A stretch of 59,429 nucleotides of DNA, counting the filler, from Sphacelaria rigidula (lineage: Eukaryota), in the NCBI GenBank assembly GCA_964200075.2. It is 9 parts of 9 records of this genome, joined end to end, with 100 filler letters (N's around TTAATTAATTAA, not from the genome) between each part and the next. Parts side by side here need not be neighbours in the genome. Positions count along the whole stretch, not along the records: positions 46,302 to 52,815 come from CAXNAA020019612.1; positions 52,916 to 59,429 come from CAXNAA020019613.1; 7 more parts are not named here. The stretch is one strand, 5' to 3'. Of the stretch, positions 51,131 through 59,429 are shown in pieces. Each line of letters begins with the position of its first letter. The stretch's first letter is position 1. The notes under the pieces are model-generated. The model did no database searches and had not been told where the DNA came from. It saw nothing but the letters and a program-made list of their open reading frames with translations. A program made the translations under genes and the position numbers.

Positions 51131-52665
51131 ACAACACGGTCTACATCAGGCAAGTGTCCACATTCAACATGTCAAGTGACCGAGATATCATTCCACTGAA
51201 CAATAACATGACTCCTCGAAATGTTATGCAAAATAAACACTGAAAAATGAAAACTTGCCGTAGTGGTGTGTGTACCACTTTCCCTCGAGTTCGAGAACAA
51301 AATTCAAATTCAAATCGAATCAATTCGAGTTCAAATCGCTCAAACTAGAGGTATGCTCGAATACAAAAATATATAGGTTTCCCATCTGTCCCAACATAAG
51401 AACACAATCTGCTCGTGTTTGTACCACCCTGTATCCTAGAAAAACAACACTAGCCTCCCTGATGTCGACCATCTATCAACTGCCTAGAATAGTTGATAAA
51501 ACCCACATCAGTGAAAACTTGCAAGCTTGGATCCTTTTAACGTCAGAACACGAAAAAATCTCCTTCGAATCTCGTTCACTTCATAGACCCTAGAATACCC
51601 AGAGAAAATTGATGTCTCGTGCATTTCACGACGACTTGTACTGCTTATATCCTATCAGGAAGAAACTCGGAACATAAAACCAAACTCTGTAAGCACTAAA
51701 AATATTGTAACCAAAACTAGCGATTGATCAGTCCACTTGATTTCGAATTACTGATCTTTGCATGCAAATTTCGCTCGTCTTCCGGCCCGATAAATTCCCA
51801 AAATCGTCAAACTCATCGTCCCACTCTTAAAATATTTTCTCCTTCACAAAAATCAATCCCTGTACACCAATCTAAATTACTCCGTATTAAAACGCCCCCC
51901 CCCCGATTCAATATTACATATTATTTCGCAGGGGGTATTGCTTCCAGGTAGTACATGAAAACATAACATCGATGACCCCAGAGTCAATTATCGTGAGTTA
52001 TCCTGGTGCATAGTCAGTCCTGCATGTTGAACGGCGGGTGGATAGTCAATTGTTTAGTGACACCCAAGACTAAACACCGTTATACTCTCGGAAGTATACT
52101 CGAGGTTGAATCCACGCCATGTTCTTTCCGTAATTGAAAATGTCCAACCCAAAATCCAGAGTCGGTGAATCACTTTGCCAAAAACGTTAGCGCGGATCGA
52201 AAAATATCAAATTCCCTTTTCGAAATCCATAACCGAGTAATCAAATTATCCAAAATACCCCGCCGTGGATCATCCCATCATATGATTTTTCTCCCAGAAT
52301 ACTCCGCTGTGGATAACCCCGTCACATGAGTTTTCTTCGTTTTCAACTACGCGAAAAGAAAATCATGGAAGCAAATAGTCCATTACCCCCCCATTATTTT
52401 CTTTCTCGATAATTAAATAGAATCATCGCAATCATGTGGAGGATAAAGTTTAAAAAATCATAACCAAACTACGGTAGTACTTCGTAGGGCGTAGGGAACA
52501 AAAACTAGAACAATCAAACAAAGAAAATGCTACCACGGGACGGTACACATGGTTGACATGTCACGTTGCTGCGAACAACGAGACGAAAACATTCCGAATC
52601 AAATGTAAACTCCCAAAGAAATAAAATAATAAAAACCTAAATGCCAAAGCGTGTCTGGTTCCTGC
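51131..52665 (+). repeat. Right arm of the inverted duplication
   Basis: 51131 pairs with 47958 and 52665 pairs with 46302. Confidence 0.97.
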
Positions 52666-52815
52666 CCTGGCTCCTGCTAAGCCCCCCGAGCGGTTGTGTT
52701 GTCGTCGCCCAGGCCGCGGTCGCTGTTTTCGGTTTGGCTCTTGCGGTGTCGCGGTCCGGGCTTCGTCATTTGTGTGCACATCCGCCTGGGTTCGAAAGCA
52801 GTTGCCTCGCCATAA

Positions 52816-52915
52816 NNNNNNNNNNNNNNNNNNNNNNNNNNNNNNNNNNNNNNNNNNNNTTAATTAATTAANNNNNNNNNNNNNNNNNNNNNNNNNNNNN
52901 NNNNNNNNNNNNNNN
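52816..52915. other. Artificial contig linker 8
   Basis: N44-TTAATTAATTAA-N44. Confidence 0.99.
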
Positions 52916-53573
52916 GGGGGAGACACGAACGCATTCTGCTGACTTCAGGAGGAATGCAGACCTACCAATGCATGTAACTGCTAAGGACGCTCGTTCCCTT
53001 TCGTTATCATTCATCTTACGGAGCGTTCCACGTGCAAACGTCTCCCCCCCCTTCCCTGGGTCTCTACATGTGAAATGCACGCCGTATTTTTCACCCTTGT
53101 GTGCATCTTCCACGTGGTAGGGAAAGGTTGGCACAATAGACGATCGTGTAGCGCACGGGTCTGCACCAAGGCTGCGGGTAGCAGCCAGGAATATGTATGT
53201 ATTTTCAAAACAAGACTCAGCTTCATGCGCCGATCAAGTATGATGTTAATCAAAATGGTAATGTTCAGTAGGCAAACCAAATTCCTAACTAAACATGGAT
53301 GAGAGATGCGGAGGACACCTCACTCTGGTGTGCAGTGAGTGTGAGAGTAAGTGGAGTGGAAGGAGTGGAGGGGACCGCTGGGTAGGGGCGTTTCGCGAAC
53401 AGCACAGCACATGGCTTTTCACGACCACGTGGTATCTCTGCTTGGCAATAGCACCTGAGCAACTCAACGCACGAAAATGCGAATGAACGTCACTGATTTT
53501 CCGGAGCACGCAATTGTATGTATAGTATAAAGGAGAGAGGTCGTAAAAACAATAAGCTACCATTACATTATTC

Positions 53574-53778
53574 CAAGGGTAGGTCGAGTAGAGTATACTC
53601 AATTGCGGGGTATTTTGAAAATCGTACTTAAAGCACACGAATTGGGGGTAGGGTTTCAGGAATCGCTCCCCAACTATTTTTTGGGTACGACTCCCAACAC
53701 TCTACCCCGACTTGAGTACCCCAAGTACGTCTTTCGGAATATCCCGCAATTGAGCATACTCTACTCGACCTACCCTTG
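53574..53778. mobile_element. 205-bp largely palindromic MITE with 8-bp TSD (hAT/P type); related terminus at ~36347-36370
   Basis: Perfect TSD CATTATTC at 53566-53573 and 53779-53786. The ~40-bp TIR begins CAAGGGTAGGTCGAGTAGAGTAT.CTCAATTGCGGG. Confidence 0.93.
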
Positions 53779-55187
53779 CATTATTCACGTTACGCTACAG
53801 CACTCTACCCTCCGTAGCATCACTATACGAGCAACGTTGCTCTGGAGCAACTCGACCGGGGGTTAACACCGTCCTGTTTCGTCGTTCCATGTGAGGACAA
53901 TGCGTGGCAAAAAACATTCATGTCGTTACCCTTCAAGCCGCAATCAAGTTCAGAACCCGGGTCTTTTTCATCTAGGAGAAAATGTGCTCAATTGAAGCAC
54001 AGCAGGTCTGAAAAGTTAGCACAACAATAAAGAAACAAGGGATGGCATGTGTTCCTGCTTTTCGTACTCGTACCTCGGACTGTGCGCCACCGGGTATAAG
54101 CGGCAAGAGAGGCCCTACCGTGTAGATCCCCTTGTTCCCCTCTCCATGCGACACGACCACCCGAGTCAAAAACACATTCAGCAAGGCCTGTCGGTGTCAA
54201 CATGTCGGGGGCATTTGGGTCAACGCCTGCAGAGAACGAAGCAGTGTGGTGGCCTGAGCGTGCTACGCGCGTAGGCGTGTCTCTCTGTCCCCTCCACCCT
54301 TTCGGTGAATCTCGCTGTCGTAATAATGCTGCCGTACAGCACACCTCGCCCCGATATATTGGTCGACGTTGCGCATGCACATGTCCGTTTGTTACAAACA
54401 TGCTCTACAGCATATCAAGCGAGCCACAAGGTAATCCCAATCTCCACACCGCAGCAGAGGCGACATATTGAATACCCCAAGGAAACAGGGGACGCTGACA
54501 CAGAGGGTTGCGCGTTTGACTCACTTTGCGAGATACAGGTGTGAACGCAAAAAAGATTAGCCCCAACACCAATTTTTCGGGAGAAGTCAACGGCCGAGTG
54601 GCGGGTGCTGCGGGATCGACACTTCTTGTTTCGGGAGTCATGCTCAACACGGGTATGTACACTAGTACTTGAAAAAAAAATGGCGCGTGATTCGAGCTGT
54701 CCAACAGGGTCGGCAGTCAACCTGAAGGCGAGCACGCGAGCGGGACATCAAACACCAGAAGCGAGAGCGGCACCTGGTCGATATCGCGTCGTTTTTCCAC
54801 CCCGCCCACCAAAACAAAAACGAGCGATCGATTCTCATGGATTGTCCTTGCACCGTGCATATTCGCCCCGACTTGCGCTATACTCTAAATTCTCAACGCC
54901 GCGTCCGCCCGAGGTACTGAAAGTGACGCATGTGTCGTCGAAGCTGGAGTCGAAGCTTTCATCGTTGGTGAATGACTGCACTTTGGAGTGCCGCAAAGGC
55001 CAACGCTCTTGACTTGTTCCTCGCCATCATACCAAGAAGGATCGAAGGAACGAAGAAACAAACGAACCACTCTGGACGGTACTACAGCAAAAAGTATTCT
55101 CAAGAGCGTGATGATCATAAAATTTCTACCAAAGTCACCCACGAACACCGTGTTGTCTCTTTCCCCTCACATTATTAGCACGCTCAC

Positions 55188-55589
55188 TGCGTCCGCCATC
55201 AGCATTGCCATCAGCATCGCCATCAGCATTGCCATCAGCATTGCCATCAGCATTACCATCGCCATCATCAACCCCGCCGTTTCCCGAACCTTCTTCGCCC
55301 TCGGCACCCGCAGTCGAGGCCCCCGCTTCTTCATGACTCACTCCACCCTCCCCTCCTTTGCCTTCATCATCGCTCAATGTTATGGCATCTCCTGCTGCTG
55401 CTGCGGCAGCGGCTGCGGCAGAGGCAAGATGCTCGCGGGCCAGATGTAGAAGGTTGCAAACAGCGCGGTCACGACCCTTGAGGTCGGCCATGCAGCCTGG
55501 TATCTCCAGCCCGCCGCCCGTCCGCTTGGAACTGAAGGGATAGGGGTGCGACAGGATGGCCACTAGCTTCGGCGGAAAGTTGTCTGGGT
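55188..55589 (-). CDS. 2OG-Fe(II) oxygenase-like protein, exon C; includes a (GNAD)n 12-bp repeat at ~55195-55268
   Basis: CAG|..PDNFPPKLVAILSHPYP...DLKGRDRAVCNLL...|GTGAGC, 402 nt, phase 1-1. The LxHxY...LKGxD motif follows the DSBH in this family. Confidence 0.8.
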
Positions 55590-56183
55590 CTGCCAGCGCC
55601 GCGAGCGGAGAAATGGACAAACGAGGGAAAGCGGGGGAAATCGCGCAACGGGGGGTTGCCTGCTCGGCCGGGCGGTGGGTTGGTGCAGGAATACGAAGTG
55701 CACGTCTAATCATCGTACGATGGTCGGTTGCTCTATAAAGATCAAGTATGACCTTCTCAGGCTTTTGTTTCTTGCGAGAGCGCCAGCTTTGAAATCACTG
55801 AGCTTTTTCCTAACGCAGGAGCAGTACTCGGGTGAGACATGGGACATACATCATTGACCAGCGTGTTGTGCGTCTTGGCACTGCCATACATAAACAATTG
55901 ATACACGTTCGGCCACCTACTGTACTGCACTGCAGAGTTTCGTTGTCGTGTGTATTGTGGAGTGAAGCACCAGCACAAGCGTATGTCGATGCACGAATCT
56001 TACGGCAGCGTCTGACTGTTGAAGCAGCGTACGTATCCAAAGGAGAGCGACAACAAATAATCCCCTAGAATGAAGCGGCAGATAACCAGGCTAAGAGCGT
56101 GTCCAACCCTCACCACTCAGCAACGGGCGCACGAAGGCACACTTGCAGCACCATCACAACCAAGAAATGAACCAACGACGCAC

Positions 56184-56762
56184 CGAGCGACCAATCTCGA
56201 ATGGCCGTCGCTATTGCTCCCACCACCTCGGGCTCCGCTGGCTGCGGCGGCAAGGGCCACCGATCGACATCCACGAATACCGCTCGCTTTCTTCTCGCAG
56301 CATCCGCCACCGCCGCCGCTTTAGTCTCCTCTTTCAGCCGCTTCACACCAGCGGTCCCGCTATCGCCGCAGTTGACAGCGTCATCGGCCACGGAAGAAGA
56401 GGACGCAAACCGCTCGAAAACATATCGGGAGTCTCTGCTGTAACTCTTGAGCTCGCGCTTCGATATAATCACCTTCGCTTCACCCACTGTGTCCGGACCC
56501 TGAGTGACGAGGTCACGCCTATCCGGGTCCAGGTTGCCGAAGCCATTGCTGCCGCTGTAGCCGTCGCCGACGGCGCTCCCGCCGCCCCGATCTCGCGGCG
56601 GCGACAACGGTGGCGGGATGTCCGCGGCAGGAAGCAAGGCGTGTTGGCTGAGGGCGGATGGGCAAGTGAGGTGGTAAACGAGGGAGAGCTGGTAACCGCA
56701 CGTCACCTGGAAGTGCTCTCGCTCGCAGTTGCTGTAAAACGCGGCGAATGTAATACCAGTTC
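56184..56762 (-). CDS. 2OG-Fe(II) oxygenase-like protein, exon B
   Basis: CAG|(G)TGITFAAFYSNCEREHFQVTCGYQLSLVYHL...DWSL|GTGCGT, 579 nt, phase 1-1. Aligns to AAFYxDCxHExxPVTSGYRxxLxYNL. Confidence 0.85.
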
Positions 56763-57219
56763 CTGCTTGTCATCGTTGTTGTTTTTTTCGTGTTCGGGGG
56801 AGAGCGGAGGGGTGGACGGCGCGCGACTGAGCGAACAAGAAATAGGCAGCCAGAGTGGAAAGACGAACGTCGAGTTTATCATCCCTTCGCAACGAGCCCG
56901 CCAGCAGCGCATGCCGGCCACACGCTTTGAAAAGCATAGGATGCAACATTTTGGCCAAGGTACTTAAAACCCAGCCCCTGACTGCCACGGCGTTCGGAGA
57001 GACGACCCCAGGCAGCTGGGGCGCATGCTAACGACTCTACCGTGTGCATTCTCTGACTGGGCGTGAGACGAGGGGGAGACACACCCCCTTCTTGTCCCCC
57101 ACCTCGGTCGACATCAGAACATGCATGACCTTTCCTCTTCACTCTCACGTATAAACATCCCAGGCGGTTTGCGGCAACCCCGGTCGGTGGGCAAACAAAA
57201 TTGCCCGTTAATAATGTAC

Positions 57220-57434
57220 CTGAGCTGCCGAACACCATGTGATGGTTGCCAAAGTCTCCGGTCACGGCTCCACCTCCCTCCTTAGCGGCGAGGGCAGCGG
57301 TGGCGGCAGTAGGGGCCGCCCGTTCGCCGTAAAAGGAAGGGTCGAATACCATGAATTGTCCACCCTCCACGTGCGAGGGTAAGTTGATGATCACCACCCC
57401 GAACGGAGCCGACTCTTCGCTCTCTCGCCCTTCG
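57220..57434 (-). CDS. 2OG-Fe(II) oxygenase-like protein, exon A (upstream exons not identified)
   Basis: PFGVVIINLPSHVEGGQFMV resembles the FGxLVxxLPSxHxGGxLxV DSBH strands. The donor G|GTACAT is phase-compatible with exon B. Confidence 0.8.
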
Positions 57435-57596
57435 CTGCCATGTTTTGAGTCCATTTAATTCATTTTCATCACGTGTCATCAACGTTGTTGAGTGATATGA
57501 TACCATGGTGAAGGGGGTTCGCATCTCGTCTTGCAGGCATCAGAGTTCACAGTCTCCAACACTGTTCAGAAATAGCCAGAGTGGAGGGAGGGGGGA

Positions 57597-58830
57597 GGCG
57601 TACTCATTTTTTGCTTGCCTTAAGTCATTTGGCCATTCACCATGCACCCCTTTCAAGACGAGCAACGTTTATACTCCTATTAGAGACACCTCCAACATTT
57701 AGGCGCCCATCACGTTTTATCCATACATTACACAAAAAACCTTTTACATATCTCATGCCCTTCCTGTTTCGCCGTCTGTAGCCAACACCCATCTCCGAGT
57801 GTAGCGATCGTTTTCTCTCCACCATCTGATGTACCAAACGATGTATCCCACCTTCATTTACTTGCCACATTCCCCCCTCCTATCACGCCCCATTTCCTCT
57901 CGTATCATTCATATTCTTGCACCATACGAGTTCCACAGTACTCTCTATTGCTTTGCCACAGGGGTAACTCGGTGCATCTAGTCCCTCCTCCACCGGACTA
58001 CTGGTATACCCTTTTTTTTTCTGGCAGGTCCAGGTCCCCCACCCGGAATCGCACTTTCAACTTTTGCGCGGAGTCCATTGGGCCGTGCAGATATGTTTTC
58101 ATCCCTATCCTCTCTCTCAGCCCCCCATACATCTTTAGGCGCTTTTTATCGTCCGCTTTCCGTCCAAGCGCTTGTCCTTCCCTTATTTCCATCATGTCTC
58201 TTACTTTTGTCTTGTACCCGCTACATTCAGTCATGGACCTTATCTCGTCTTAGTTTCCTCTTACAAGCTTCCATACTTTATCCACCACGCTATTCCACTT
58301 TATTTCAGCCTTGTCTCTAGTTGCTTACTTCCATACAGTCCTATCAACTATGGCTGTTGATCTCTTTTCTAGCATGTTCCTCACGTTACACTGTCATTTC
58401 AATTTTTTCGTGACTCTATTTGCTTCAAGTGGGTACATTCCCAATTCTGCTCTCAGTACTGTATTTCTCGTCTTCGAGCATTCAAGGGTTTTCTTAGCTA
58501 GTGTCGTATGTACTGCTTCCAGCTTCTTCGCCCGATCCGCGTTCCCTTTCCATTTTTCTGCATATTCTAACTTTGGTACAATCACGTTCATCGGAAGGCG
58601 TCTCGTAATCCTAGCATCGAGGCCCGAGTCTCTTAGGATCACGTCCATCTTGCCTATCTGTGCCTTACCCGTTCCTTTCAACTTATACATGTGTATCCTA
58701 GGAACAGCTTTTTTAGACCTCTACGCCAAGATATTCATACTGGTCTACGATCGGCAATTTCTCTTCTCCCCAGTTCCATTGAACTCCGCTGGGTTCTCCC
58801 CATCTTTACTAGATGCAACTACCGCGCTTT
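57597..58830 (-). mobile_element. 5'-truncated, decayed non-LTR retrotransposon (end of RT, thumb, C-terminal Cys/His region, 3' UTR)
   Basis: WGEEKLPIVDQYEYLGV (RT YxYLG), IVPKLEYA..W...KKLE...VLRAELGMYPL, KTYLHGPMD...RFRVGDLDLPE, PCGKAIES. Multiple stops and frameshifts. Confidence 0.92.
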
Positions 58831-59243
58831 TATTTTTTTGGGCGGAGGGAGGGGGAGTTACGCATGTTACGGTGTTACTATTTGGCACATTGCAGTTGTG
58901 TCACCTTTTTCACAACAAATACGGCAGAAAGGTGAGCCAAATCCTCAATCGAACCGGATAGATTACGACAATACTCATGGTTCACCTGGCAATTATGATT
59001 CTGTAGTTTTAAACCATGACCGAATGACAGTATATATGTTTACTAAGTAAATACGGCACAGGTTGTCAAGCCCAGCAGGATCCAGCCTCTCCACAATCAT
59101 GTCTGCAAAAGCCCTGTTCCTGAACGGTGTAAAAGTTCAGCCAAGCACTTGGCGGGTATGACGGACTTTGACGGTGCTTAAAACCAACTATGAAAGAAAC
59201 GCTACTTTGCCCCGAACATTGGGGAGGAAGGGAGAGGGGGGGG

Positions 59244-59429
59244 GCGTACTCATTTGTTTCTTGCCTTAGTCGCTTGACCATTGACCACGCATCTCTTTCG
59301 AGACGAAGCACCGTTAAGGGAGAGGGGGGCGTTCTCATTTGTTGCGTGCCTTAGTCGTTTGACCATTGACCACGCATCCCTTTCGAGACCGAGCACCGTT
59401 CCTACTCCTAATAGAGGCACCTTCAACAT
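59244..59429 (-). mobile_element. Two tandem short 3'-end copies of the same LINE (59244-59315, 59325-59429)
   Basis: GGCGT.CTCATTTGTT.C.TGCCTTAGTCG.TTGACCATTGACCACGCATC.CTTTCGAGAC occurs twice, each after a G/A-rich run. Confidence 0.9.

Noticed and set aside
46302..52815. Intact DIRS, Penelope or Polinton element
   Set aside because: No recognisable intact RT, tyrosine recombinase, GIY-YIG, polB or hammerhead core was seen. Only gag and faint pol traces are present.
54988..56967. Plus-strand ORFs (ISIAISIA repeat; 274-aa ORF)
   Set aside because: They are antisense shadows of the minus-strand oxygenase-like exons.

Overview
This window is not one contiguous locus. It is nine unrelated ~6.5 kb contigs (6516, 6515, then seven of 6514 bp, i.e. 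length-sorted) joined by eight artificial 100-bp spacers (44 N + TTAATTAATTAA + 44 N). The DNA is eukaryotic, intron-rich and repeat-rich. Its short exons, long introns and repeat families suggest a brown alga (Phaeophyceae), which is an inference. Supported genes are four phase-0 exons of a myosin motor domain (contig 3, minus), three exons of a 2OG-Fe(II) oxygenase-like protein with substituted catalytic residues (contig 9, minus), and exon chains of unknown genes (contigs 1, 6, 7). Mobile DNA dominates: a 5'-truncated LINE and many copies of its C-tailed 3' end, two tRNA-derived SINE families, 8-bp-TSD (hAT/P-type) MITEs, Stowaway/Tc1-mariner-like TA MITEs and a decayed gypsy-like element with a CCHC Gag. 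The most unusual structures are: (i) a ~1.6 kb inverted duplication of the gypsy-like element with a telomere-like repeat exactly at the junction; (ii) a 435-bp element whose two ends are 78-bp palindromes; (iii) a ~24-unit array of 42-bp self-complementary repeats with a decayed 14-aa Cys/Thr reading frame; (iv) retroposon tails ending in oligo-C; and (v) a short Helitron-like family carrying telomeric repeats. No CRISPR, rRNA or true tRNA genes were found. All identity figures are by-eye estimates.
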